DNA of 64,000 nucleotides. Origin: Methanobacteriota archaeon (lineage in GTDB: Archaea; Thermoplasmatota; Poseidoniia; Poseidoniales; Poseidoniaceae). Location of the stretch: NCBI GenBank assembly GCA_018659375.1, contig JABJMO010000002.1, forward strand, positions 9,465 through 73,464. The letters are read 5' to 3'. Below are positions 18,801 through 31,421 of this stretch, piece by piece. Every line of letters starts with the position of its first letter. The stretch's first letter is position 1. The notes under the pieces were generated by a model. It saw only the letters and a list, made by a program, of their open reading frames with translations, did not search any database and had not been told where the DNA came from. A program made the translations under genes and the position numbers.

Positions 18801-20070
18801 GTCCTTTGGTGGTGAGGAATTCCGTGAAAATGCAATTACTACCTACACTTTTACTGAACCTGGGATTCATGAAGTTTCATTATTTGTGACTGATGAAATA
18901 GGTGCAGATAGCACAGTTAAGAAAATTATCGTAAGAGTTCAAAACCCACTGCCAATTATCTCAGTCAAAATATTAGATGGATGGGTTGATGGGCAGCAAA
19001 TGGACAAAAACACTCCTCGTCCAGAAGGCTTTTTGCCAGATACTTGGACTCACACATTCGATGAGGAAGAAAATACTTACACGGCCCCTGATTTGATGTT
19101 GTTCTTTGATTCTGAGGGCACAAGAGACGGTGATAGAAGATATGAAGGGAAATATTCTCCCGTCAATGATGAAAATAATGACCAATGGAACGGCATTGTC
19201 GAATATACATGGGATTTTGGCGATGCAACCCCATTGTCAAAAGAAGCTTCTCCATGGCATCATTATGATACTCCTGGTACTTACACAGTAACTCTAACAG
19301 TTAGAGACTCATACGGTACAGGGGATGTAAGTAAGCAAACCTTTACTATAATTGTTGACGAACCTCCTGAGATAAAAAAGATTGAGATTCCAGGCGATAT
19401 TATCATCGAAGAGTCAGTATATTTGAGTGCCAATATAATTGATTTTGAAACCATCAATAATATCCAATTATATCGAGACTTAAATATCGAAGATGGTTCA
19501 TTGTTTGACCGTGACGAATCACTGAATCCAGATTTGTTAGTCAGATGGGATTTAGACATCAAAAAGGACTCAAATAAAAATGGGGTTTTGGATGATGATT
19601 ACATAATCCCTCAACCAAATGCAATTAGTTATCGAATTCCAGGCTTGTGGAATGAATCAGGAAGTTACACAATAATTGTTGTAGCATGTGACAGCTTAGG
19701 AATATGTGCTTCATTAGAAGAAACCTTGCAAGTATCTCCTAAACCAGACCCTGAACCATCATTGTCTGATTTCGAATTAGAAGATTGGACTTCATGGGTT
19801 AAAGATGCGGGCTCAGACCTTGCTACATACATTGCATTAATTTCAGTAGCCTTGATTCTAGGTTGGTTAGTGTTGAGGGAATCTTCAGACCTAGAAGATG
19901 AAGCTAAACAAGCTGCTGAAACATACACTGATGTAGAACATGTCGAAGTCCAAGGAGGCTTATTAGGTATGGATCAGCATACTCCTCCGCCAGCTCCCGG
20001 GATATTATCAAAAGAAGAGCGTAGAAGTGAAGATAGCGGTTATGTAAGACCACTAAGAAGAAGAATTTGA
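15859..20070 (+). CDS. Giant (1403 aa) secreted surface protein: N-terminal HExxH...E zinc-metallopeptidase-like domain, at least five PKD-like repeats, C-terminal TM anchor and cytoplasmic tail
   Basis: Signal peptide ...ILSPASA/DEQ. IIAHELQHLLH (His238 at 16570) plus WIDEGNAD 16 residues downstream gives a gluzincin-type arrangement. PKD-like cores are YAWDFGDS, FQWEWGDGT, YEWSFPEG, YNWSFGGEE and YTWDFGDATP. The TM helix is LATYIALISVALILGWLVL. Confidence 0.8.
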   Translation: MSEKRSIKSLFLIGIMVISFLTPILSPASADEQADSEPKEYDATGIIIGDLADFNPAEGREYLLIEENTPVVSAYGFMKQAWIDSGRPGVQDMKYEPVTNSRANGRVCTPHLTGDTLTVPISGGSIDAYVAKTTNTVAFIVQSGRTLSSTVLNNLASSWDSTIYPTMTTYYGKDYGDGRGLAAPDIDNNCQVQIIVYDIDGAFNTGGYFAPSFASARESVFIDFADITLNWGKSIIAHELQHLLHNAQDPYENLWIDEGNADVAIYLCFGPDSTLVSHLNQWTEAPELSIRWWNQRFADYGAGFIFTMYLADHLGGGPAVRQLVQDSATGGVSVQNLALSPPSGSSGAIGRTMGEIFANFSVASFLDSEQGIYGFSNLDLTPVCSSNSFCRAQPTEINSDWSTPWSSTGNSVEGWGLRGFKFTPGSSSPAPLTIRLTADVSQFDGVIVSKSMVDGLLSVTDLNFQNNVATALVPGFGNLTDEVWAITWYASTVADCDYTSCGSSYPQGTVDVEAARITSPATLTINNSILSDRDGDSNDDTVQVNFDVFSNAFFEDLDVDISIMDSSGNTVDERTSRISAGGGANSNSNIWFTAPLDNQYTVKFEMYDMIGTLVDTVSTQAWDLSNMRPTANASVSANASQTWENIQFVGDGFDAWGLSLDNNTLPYLDQPVAYAWDFGDSISSNLKSPTRSYQQTGLFNATLRIMDQGNTWSETDVVVINVTDDSVPIPVITVNNVVITDNISILTDQTIQFSASRTVDNVPLNNLDFQWEWGDGTLDFETGKYLAQHKWDPIDKEVEDYNLTLSVFDGFNTGVISITVFVNNRVPYQIFSDNLTTYTYTSVPMPDVFTDDDGTIVSYEWSFPEGVNLNGGITDQDDDFLQTSSTNTYPNPSWDLPGIKTVLLTVTDDDGSQSTAQLYVNVLNQIPVADFIVRVTDNGETSAIDFRAEDGFVDVPYTFDGISSYDIDSTTGDSTGLVYNWSFGGEEFRENAITTYTFTEPGIHEVSLFVTDEIGADSTVKKIIVRVQNPLPIISVKILDGWVDGQQMDKNTPRPEGFLPDTWTHTFDEEENTYTAPDLMLFFDSEGTRDGDRRYEGKYSPVNDENNDQWNGIVEYTWDFGDATPLSKEASPWHHYDTPGTYTVTLTVRDSYGTGDVSKQTFTIIVDEPPEIKKIEIPGDIIIEESVYLSANIIDFETINNIQLYRDLNIEDGSLFDRDESLNPDLLVRWDLDIKKDSNKNGVLDDDYIIPQPNAISYRIPGLWNESGSYTIIVVACDSLGICASLEETLQVSPKPDPEPSLSDFELEDWTSWVKDAGSDLATYIALISVALILGWLVLRESSDLEDEAKQAAETYTDVEHVEVQGGLLGMDQHTPPPAPGILSKEERRSEDSGYVRPLRRRI

Positions 20071-20118
20071 TAGTTAGAATATATAACTGGTTAGTAGTGG
20101 AAGGATTAGTGGTAAGTC

Positions 20119-21219
20119 ATGAGTAGGAGAGTAGTAATCTTCATGATACTAATTTTCATGGTGCCAATGTTTGCTACCGGTGCTCCTAATCATTCCCTAG
20201 TAAGCAACGCATCAGCTGCCGACGCTTGCAATGGCGATATAGAGCCAATGTTATGGAACCAAACTGTTGCAAGGTCAGCCTTAGTGCCCCATTACAATTA
20301 TTATGACACGTATTGGGGATTTGGTGATTATGATGATGATGATGATGGTAGAAGGGGCAGAGAACATGACTCTCCACAATTTCCAGCAGAATCAAGGGAA
20401 GCCACTGAACTAAATCCAGAAGAAGAGTGGATGTATAGAAACTGGGATGGAGGTTCTCGACTCCAACCACTTACCTCAAATCACCACGCTACCATGCTGG
20501 TGGGTAATGATAGTATAGGCGCTTTGAGAATCAATTTATCTGCACAGCACCGTACCACTATCTGTATTTCCCTACAATCTCTAAATGAAACAGATAATGA
20601 CTATTCAGCCGATGTTTATTTGATGACCACATCAGAATATGAACGTTATACTGAATTGTATTATTCTTATCATTCTAAAAATAGTTTTTATCGGGATATA
20701 GCTGACTCATTAAGTGATGTCTCTCCTGAATGGAGGGGCATGGATTTCACTGGCTGGCGAACTTACCGAGATGCACACCAATATGAATCCGTCAATGAGG
20801 TTAATTTCGCATTAAGTTTGGATGGTCCTGAATCTTATACGCCGCTGTTTGGATCTGAGGAGTGGCAAAATTTCTACATCGTAATAGATACTTGGGATAA
20901 CAATCATGACAGCGATTCATCAGCGCCTGGTGTAGTTACTGCTGCAGACGTCACTATAATCACAACTGAGCGTTCATTTATTCTACCGAACTTTACAGTT
21001 GCATTGGCCTTTTTGGTATTGATGATTGGTGTGGCGATATTCCCGTTTATTTTGAATGCTAGATATATGAGTTCAGGCTTAGAACAAACGGAAGATTTGC
21101 CAAACGACGGTCTAGTGCCTTCTCTGGAGAGGCCACCGGAATTGCCGCCTATAACTGGGGATGAGAACCAGTTGGTTGAGAAATCCTATCCTGATTTGGA
21201 GTCTAGTAGGGATACTTGA
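20119..21219 (+). CDS. Hypothetical secreted protein with C-terminal membrane anchor
   Basis: N-terminal signal/TM (VVIFMILIFMVPMFATGA), an Asp-rich tract GDYDDDDDGRRG, a C-terminal TM (FTVALAFLVLMIGVAIFPFIL) and a Pro/Glu-rich tail. No family recognised. Confidence 0.55.
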   Translation: MSRRVVIFMILIFMVPMFATGAPNHSLVSNASAADACNGDIEPMLWNQTVARSALVPHYNYYDTYWGFGDYDDDDDGRRGREHDSPQFPAESREATELNPEEEWMYRNWDGGSRLQPLTSNHHATMLVGNDSIGALRINLSAQHRTTICISLQSLNETDNDYSADVYLMTTSEYERYTELYYSYHSKNSFYRDIADSLSDVSPEWRGMDFTGWRTYRDAHQYESVNEVNFALSLDGPESYTPLFGSEEWQNFYIVIDTWDNNHDSDSSAPGVVTAADVTIITTERSFILPNFTVALAFLVLMIGVAIFPFILNARYMSSGLEQTEDLPNDGLVPSLERPPELPPITGDENQLVEKSYPDLESSRDT

Positions 21220-22017
21220 TTAGTATTCCATTAGTGCCCAAGCGTCTCTAAGATCTCTAACGTTTATCAGTCCCTTATCGGAGAGTCGAAAACTATTCTG
21301 CATTGTTGCATAGACAATTTGTTGATCAAGTACTGGTGCATGAAGGCGTACCCAATCGCCTCCATTTCCTAGCCCCATTAAGCAGTGATTTGAGTCCTCG
21401 CCAACCAATGAGTTTGCTGCTTCGAAAATTTGTAGTGCATCTCTATGGTTGCCTACGGATGAGCAGAATTTTACAATATCTCCGTTAGCCTTGTTGTCTT
21501 TTACTAAAGTAACAATCTCTTCAGCATTAGGTGTTGATTTTGTTTCATGGATAGAGGCGATTACCTTTGAGTTAGATTTTTTTGCAGATTTCATTAATTT
21601 ACTTCGATTCTTAGCATCTATTGATAATTCAATATCGACAAATGTTACTTCTGAGTCGATTGCTTTTTGCAAAATTTCCAGCCTTTCAGACTCGTTTCCA
21701 GCAAAGAAACCACCTTCTCGGACTGACCTTACTGTGAATACAACAGGTACGGGGATTCCATCCTTTAATTTCAAAATCGAAGCATCAATATCAATTTCTG
21801 AGAAATCTTTGACTCCCCATTCTTCGATGGGCGGTATTTTTGATATTTCTTCACCATCGTCATTGGTGGTGATTATTGGTTCTGGTTTATTCAAGTATAA
21901 TTTATCAAACCGGACTTCAACATAATCTGCACCTGCTATATTTGCTCTAGTTGCTTCATCAATCATATCTTCAACAGAGATTGCTTCAAGCGAGACACAC
22001 ACTTTCGGTTCAGCCAT
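21220..22017 (-). CDS. aroD: 3-dehydroquinate dehydratase, type I
   Basis: VCVSLEA...GADYVEVRFDKLY, VVFTVRSVREGG, VIASIHETKSTPNAEEI and GDIVKFCS (Schiff-base Lys context) follow the type I DHQase layout. Confidence 0.65.
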   Translation of the reverse strand: MAEPKVCVSLEAISVEDMIDEATRANIAGADYVEVRFDKLYLNKPEPIITTNDDGEEISKIPPIEEWGVKDFSEIDIDASILKLKDGIPVPVVFTVRSVREGGFFAGNESERLEILQKAIDSEVTFVDIELSIDAKNRSKLMKSAKKSNSKVIASIHETKSTPNAEEIVTLVKDNKANGDIVKFCSSVGNHRDALQIFEAANSLVGEDSNHCLMGLGNGGDWVRLHAPVLDQQIVYATMQNSFRLSDKGLINVRDLRDAWALMEY

Positions 22018-22287
22018 GTATTGGCCAAATAGGAGTCGTTATTAATGCTCACGGCTGGAAATTCTTTCCAAAAGATTCCATTTCGTCATACTGAAGTAGT
22101 TATTTTTCCGTAATAACGACCACTAAAAACACACCAATTGCAGTACCTTAAAGTACCCCCTTCTCCGATTCCAATTGGTAGGGGAGGGGACAAGTAGAAT
22201 TCGTTAGACAGCGGCTAATTTTTAGCCAAAAAATCGAAAAACATATCCCTACAAAATACGAAATGAATTTATTCAATTCTTTACCAT

Positions 22288-26973
<4,686 letters not shown>

Positions 26974-27044
26974 GTGATAAATCGACGACTTCAAATTGAA
27001 TAACGCCTGTGGTTGACATACCCGAGTGTCTAGAGGTGATACCC

Positions 27045-28301
27045 ATGAATACAAATAAATTAATTTATGATTGGAATGTTATCGATTATGATATTAATCG
27101 TAATCCAGCAAATCACCCTCACGATGTTTGGTTTGATGACGAAACATTGAGAGATGGATTACAAAGCCCAAGTGCTAGGAATCCCTCTATAGAACAAAAG
27201 ATTGAACTACTTTCTTATATGGAAAGATTGGGTATTCAAAAAGTTGATTTAGGGCTTCCAGGAGCAGGACCATTTCATCTAGAGCACATTAGTGCAATGC
27301 TTTCACATATCTCTGCTAATGATTACCAAATTAGACCTGGTGCTGCGGTTAGAACATTAATGCATGACATTGAACCGCTTGTCGAGATGCAACATAAGCA
27401 TGGAATGGAAATACAAGCATCTGCATTTTTAGGTACTAGCCCGATTAGACAATACACTGAAGGATGGACTATGGAGAAATTAATCTCCACAATGGAAAAA
27501 GCAGTATCATTTGCAGTAGAAAATGAAGTTCCTGTCATGTTTGTTACCGAAGACACAACACGGTCAAAACCTGAAGACGTGAAAGCAATCTATCAAAGAG
27601 CTATGGAATTGGGTGTCAGAAGGCTTTGTGTTTGTGATACTTGTGGTCACGTAACTCCAAATGGTGTCAAGAAATTACTGAATTTTATTGATGAAGAAGT
27701 TATCAAAGACGGCGGTTATCAAAGAAATCAAATCGAGGTTAATTGGCATGGTCACCAAGATCGTGGTCTTGGAGTTGCAAACAATATCGCTGCAGTAGAG
27801 GCTGGTGCAGATGTGATTCATGGAACGGCTCTTGGCGTAGGAGAAAGGGCGGGAAATGCGCCAATGGATCAAACTTTGGTAAATCTCAAATTGATGGGAG
27901 TAATAGACAACGATTTGACCTTACTCGATGAATATACCAGAATGGCAAATGAGTACATTGAAGTTCCATTGCCGCGAAATTATCCAATATTTGGTGCCGA
28001 TGCTTTTGAAACTGGCACAGGTGTTCATGCTTCAGCTGTTATCAAGGCAATGCGTAAAGGTGACGATTGGCTTGCAGACAGGGTTTATTCAGGTGTGCCT
28101 GCTGGTGATTTCGGCCTCAAGCAGGTAATCCGTATTGGTCACATGGCAGGTCGCTCAAACATAGTTTGGTGGCTTGAACAAAACGGCTATGAAGTGACAG
28201 ATGAACTAGTAGCGCACATGTTTGAGGTTGCCAAAAAGCAAAGTAGGAATATGACTGACGAAGAGATTGAATCTGAAGTTTCTCAATATTTGAATAATTG
28301 A
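27045..28301 (+). CDS. HMGL-like / 2-isopropylmalate-synthase-family (pyruvate carboxyltransferase fold) enzyme
   Basis: WFDDETLRDGLQSP, VCDTCGHVTP and HGHQDRGLGVANNIAAVEAGADVIHGTALGVGERAGNAPMD are the DRE-TIM metallolyase blocks. No LeuA regulatory domain is present. ATG 27045 is preceded by GAGGTGA. Confidence 0.65.
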   Translation: MNTNKLIYDWNVIDYDINRNPANHPHDVWFDDETLRDGLQSPSARNPSIEQKIELLSYMERLGIQKVDLGLPGAGPFHLEHISAMLSHISANDYQIRPGAAVRTLMHDIEPLVEMQHKHGMEIQASAFLGTSPIRQYTEGWTMEKLISTMEKAVSFAVENEVPVMFVTEDTTRSKPEDVKAIYQRAMELGVRRLCVCDTCGHVTPNGVKKLLNFIDEEVIKDGGYQRNQIEVNWHGHQDRGLGVANNIAAVEAGADVIHGTALGVGERAGNAPMDQTLVNLKLMGVIDNDLTLLDEYTRMANEYIEVPLPRNYPIFGADAFETGTGVHASAVIKAMRKGDDWLADRVYSGVPAGDFGLKQVIRIGHMAGRSNIVWWLEQNGYEVTDELVAHMFEVAKKQSRNMTDEEIESEVSQYLNN

Positions 28302-29615
28302 TTATTCAAACTCTCGGTAAGTATCAGGATTAGCTTGGTTAGAATTGGAATTAACCCATTCGCTATCGACTCCTCCGCTACTCCATTCTCCATCTACCGC
28401 AACTTCGTCGATATCAACTTCATCTCTCCAAGATGGTTCTTCATCCGAACCACATACAATGAAATAGCCATTTTTATCGATCTGCTGTTCAAGCAATAAT
28501 ATGTGTTTAGCAACGGGTAAAAAGTGACCAACAGGCATTCCAGAAGCGGTAAATGGATTAGTCGCAGCCCCAACTAGTAATCCATCCTCTGGGGCAACAA
28601 TATCCACAGTAAGTCCTGGTGTTGCTGGATCAGATATAGTTGCGATAACTTCTCCTTCTCTCATAACAGATCCTGATGACACAAACATATCGAGCAACCC
28701 TCCCTCACTAGCTCTAAGCCATTTTGAACCGCTTGCAAGCATTCTAAACCTTGGCCTATTTGGAGTTCCTGGCACCATTCTTAACGACCTAAGTATGTTC
28801 ATGACGCCATTTATTGCTACCTTTACAGTGGTATTATCAATCAAATTTGCTCCGCCACCCTCATAGGTAATTGCTGGTATATCTTGTTCATTTGCTGCTT
28901 TTCTAAGTGACCCCTTTGGCGGTTTGGAGTCAAGTAGGATTTCAATCCCGAAGGCTTTTGCTAGTATGTTTGAGCCAGCATGAGCCAAATCAACTCTAAT
29001 TTGCGGCATATTTGATCGACCTTTTGCCGCACTATGTAAGTCAATAATTGCGTCACTGTCGTTTAGTAAGTGTTTCCATACTTGTGCGGCTACCCGCTTT
29101 GTTGTAGAGCCTTTGAAATCTCCAGGGAAATTCCTGTTTAGATCTCTTCCATCTGGAAAGTATCTCGACTTACTTCTATATCCTGGTAGATTGACTACTG
29201 GAACTATTCTCAAAGTTCCTGCCATTTGAGTTGGATCTAATGACTTGCCAATATCCGTAAATGCATTTGACAAAAGGTGCGTGCAGGCTGAAGCACCAGT
29301 TAATTCATCTCCGTGAATGCCTCCTAGTACTGTGATTGTTGGTCCTGGTCTTATTCCATGTATTACGGTAACAGGTATTGGCCATGGGTCGCCTAAATCG
29401 ACCTCAAGAAGTGGGACTGGAATAGTTCTTATTGTTCCTGGTTTGACTATTTTACGAAATAGTCTAATGTTGCTCCATTCTGCTCCACGGTCCCATTCAG
29501 GACGGTCTTCAGTTTGATGTGCTGCTAACGCTTCTTGGATTGCCATTTTGCGAAGTTTTGGCAATTCATGGGCAACTCTTACTTTGGTCTTCTTGACCTT
29601 TTTACCTTTGCCCAT
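28302..29615 (-). CDS. Succinylglutamate desuccinylase/aspartoacylase (AstE/AspA, M14-like) family zinc hydrolase
   Basis: VLGGIHGDELTG, DLNRNFPG and IDLHSA. It has a Lys-rich N-terminus and an acidic C-terminal tail. Confidence 0.7.
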   Translation of the reverse strand: MGKGKKVKKTKVRVAHELPKLRKMAIQEALAAHQTEDRPEWDRGAEWSNIRLFRKIVKPGTIRTIPVPLLEVDLGDPWPIPVTVIHGIRPGPTITVLGGIHGDELTGASACTHLLSNAFTDIGKSLDPTQMAGTLRIVPVVNLPGYRSKSRYFPDGRDLNRNFPGDFKGSTTKRVAAQVWKHLLNDSDAIIDLHSAAKGRSNMPQIRVDLAHAGSNILAKAFGIEILLDSKPPKGSLRKAANEQDIPAITYEGGGANLIDNTTVKVAINGVMNILRSLRMVPGTPNRPRFRMLASGSKWLRASEGGLLDMFVSSGSVMREGEVIATISDPATPGLTVDIVAPEDGLLVGAATNPFTASGMPVGHFLPVAKHILLLEQQIDKNGYFIVCGSDEEPSWRDEVDIDEVAVDGEWSSGGVDSEWVNSNSNQANPDTYREFE

Positions 29616-29700
29616 GGATAACCCAATCAGTCATTATCAATGAATTGTACTGCTTAATCATAGTCGCAATAAACAAGGACGTCTAATGCTTGGTTAGTCC

Positions 29701-30168
29701 ATGGCGGACCTAGGAGTTCAGCAAACTTATGCCCCAAATTCCATTTGTTTTGGTTGTGGCCCGGCAAATGAGCAAGGGCTAAGAATTTCTAGTCATAGAA
29801 TTGATAACGGCTTGACTATGGAATTTGAGCCCAGTGACTTCCATCAAGCATTTCCAGGCATGATAAATGGCGGAATTATTGGAACTTTGCTGGATTGTCA
29901 TGGTAATTGGACTGCAGCAGTAGCCCTTATGGATCACAATTCTCTAGAAGAACCGCCTTGTACTGTGACTGCCTCGTATTCAGTAAATCTGAGAAGGCCA
30001 ACACCGACTGGATCCAAACTTATCGTTACTAGTCAAATCTTGGAACTAGATGGAAATAAAGTAAAAGTCGACTTATTACTAGAGGCTAACGGTAAAATTT
30101 GTGCAACGGGAGAAGGACTCTTTGTGGCGGTTAAAGAAGGTCATCCAGCATATCATAGGTGGAATTAA
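29701..30168 (+). CDS. Hotdog-fold (PaaI-like) thioesterase
   Basis: CFGCGPANEQGLRI...FPGMINGGIIGTLLDCHGNW. The size (155 aa) and layout fit PaaI/4HBT-type thioesterases. Confidence 0.65.
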   Translation: MADLGVQQTYAPNSICFGCGPANEQGLRISSHRIDNGLTMEFEPSDFHQAFPGMINGGIIGTLLDCHGNWTAAVALMDHNSLEEPPCTVTASYSVNLRRPTPTGSKLIVTSQILELDGNKVKVDLLLEANGKICATGEGLFVAVKEGHPAYHRWN

Positions 30169-30172
30169 GTTA

Positions 30173-30703
30173 ATGGCTAAACCCTCTAAACTACAAGTAG
30201 AGCAACTATCGAATCTAAGAGTGATAGTTATCGAATTAATGAAAGATATGGCAATATGGCAAAAGTTTAATCTAGATTTACTATATAATATACCACTTGC
30301 AGTGCTAAAGAAAAACGCAACCCAACGTCATGGTGCAACTAAATGGCAGCGAGGTATCTCTAGAGCACAACTTGGTCTAGAATTTGTGGAAGTAATAGAA
30401 TTGCATCCAGAGTTATTGTCCGGAGATTGGAATGCTTATGCTGCTTTCGTACTGCATCATGAGTTTATTCATGCTTTGGGATTCCTCAACCATGATTCAG
30501 AATTTAGACATTTAGAATATTCTTGGCCCGGAGTTGAAGCAGGCGTAATTGGTCCAGATTTTACAGAGTTTTTACGTAGAAAATCAGCTAAATGGTTGTG
30601 GAAATGTTTGACCTGTTCCAAAAGTTTCCCGCGAAAAAAACCCAGTAAAGGCAAATATAGATGTCGTAAATGCTCAACAATCCTTACCGATGTTCAAACT
30701 TGA
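30173..30703 (+). CDS. SprT-like zinc metalloprotease with C-terminal zinc ribbon
   Basis: FVLHHEFIHALGF (HExxH) followed by WKCLTCSKSF...YRCRKCS (CxxC...CxxC). I used the start at ATG 30173, because the track's 30101 start overlaps the previous gene. Confidence 0.6.
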   Translation: MAKPSKLQVEQLSNLRVIVIELMKDMAIWQKFNLDLLYNIPLAVLKKNATQRHGATKWQRGISRAQLGLEFVEVIELHPELLSGDWNAYAAFVLHHEFIHALGFLNHDSEFRHLEYSWPGVEAGVIGPDFTEFLRRKSAKWLWKCLTCSKSFPRKKPSKGKYRCRKCSTILTDVQT

Positions 30704-31330
30704 TTACTTTTTCTTTCCTTTGCCCTTTTTGGCTTTCTGTTCAGCCTTTTCTATCATTTCTTCAGCGTCCATGTCCGCTTCATTAGCAGCCTTCTTGATG
30801 GTAGATTTTTCCGATTCGGAAATTTCACCATCTTTTGCTGCAGATTTGACTGCAGCCTCTAGGTTCATTCGTGCGGCATCTTCATCAGAAATGCCCAAAG
30901 CGGCTTGGAAAGATTTCAAGTCTTGGAGTTCTTCTTCAGTGATTACACCATCAGACCATGCTGTTTCGTAAGCCTCCAGAAGGAATTCCTTGTACGCTTC
31001 TGGATTAAGCAAAACATCTCTAATTAATCCATGATTTGGCGAGGTATCAATCGAATCTGACATATCTAATATAGCAATTGAGCGTCTAACCTCCTTGACT
31101 GCCATATCTTTTAGCCCATGTCCAGCCCATACTGCGCCAGCTGCAACAACCGCAGCGGCAAACCATCGCATGATGCTCTGGTCAACTAAATCTCCAGGCT
31201 CGATTAAGTGAAAAATCCCTAGAACTGCCATAGCGGCCCCACACATAACTTCAACCCAATCATTTAGATCTGGTTCATCATCAAAAACTGATAATCTTTC
31301 TTCAATTATTGAATCCATATCGTCGCTCAT
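30704..31330 (-). CDS. Membrane protein with two TerB/DjlA-N-like DG-x-I-[ST]-x-x-E helical repeats
   Basis: Two TM helices, then DGVITEEELQDLKSFQAALGISDEDAARM and DGEISESEKSTIKKAANEADMDAEEM. The tail is Lys-rich. Confidence 0.45.
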   Translation of the reverse strand: MSDDMDSIIEERLSVFDDEPDLNDWVEVMCGAAMAVLGIFHLIEPGDLVDQSIMRWFAAAVVAAGAVWAGHGLKDMAVKEVRRSIAILDMSDSIDTSPNHGLIRDVLLNPEAYKEFLLEAYETAWSDGVITEEELQDLKSFQAALGISDEDAARMNLEAAVKSAAKDGEISESEKSTIKKAANEADMDAEEMIEKAEQKAKKGKGKKK

Positions 31331-31421
31331 GTTAGTTATGCAGTAACCGGGGGGTTTTATTGATGTCGGAATTATAATTTCATGCGTTGTCCTTTTGGAC
31401 TATTGACATCACAGTCACCAC

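Noticed and set aside
20332-20346. (GAT)5 microsatellite.
   Set aside because: It is in frame within the 366-aa secreted protein, where it encodes a DDDDD acidic tract. It is too short to call a repeat feature, and there is no evidence of phase variation.
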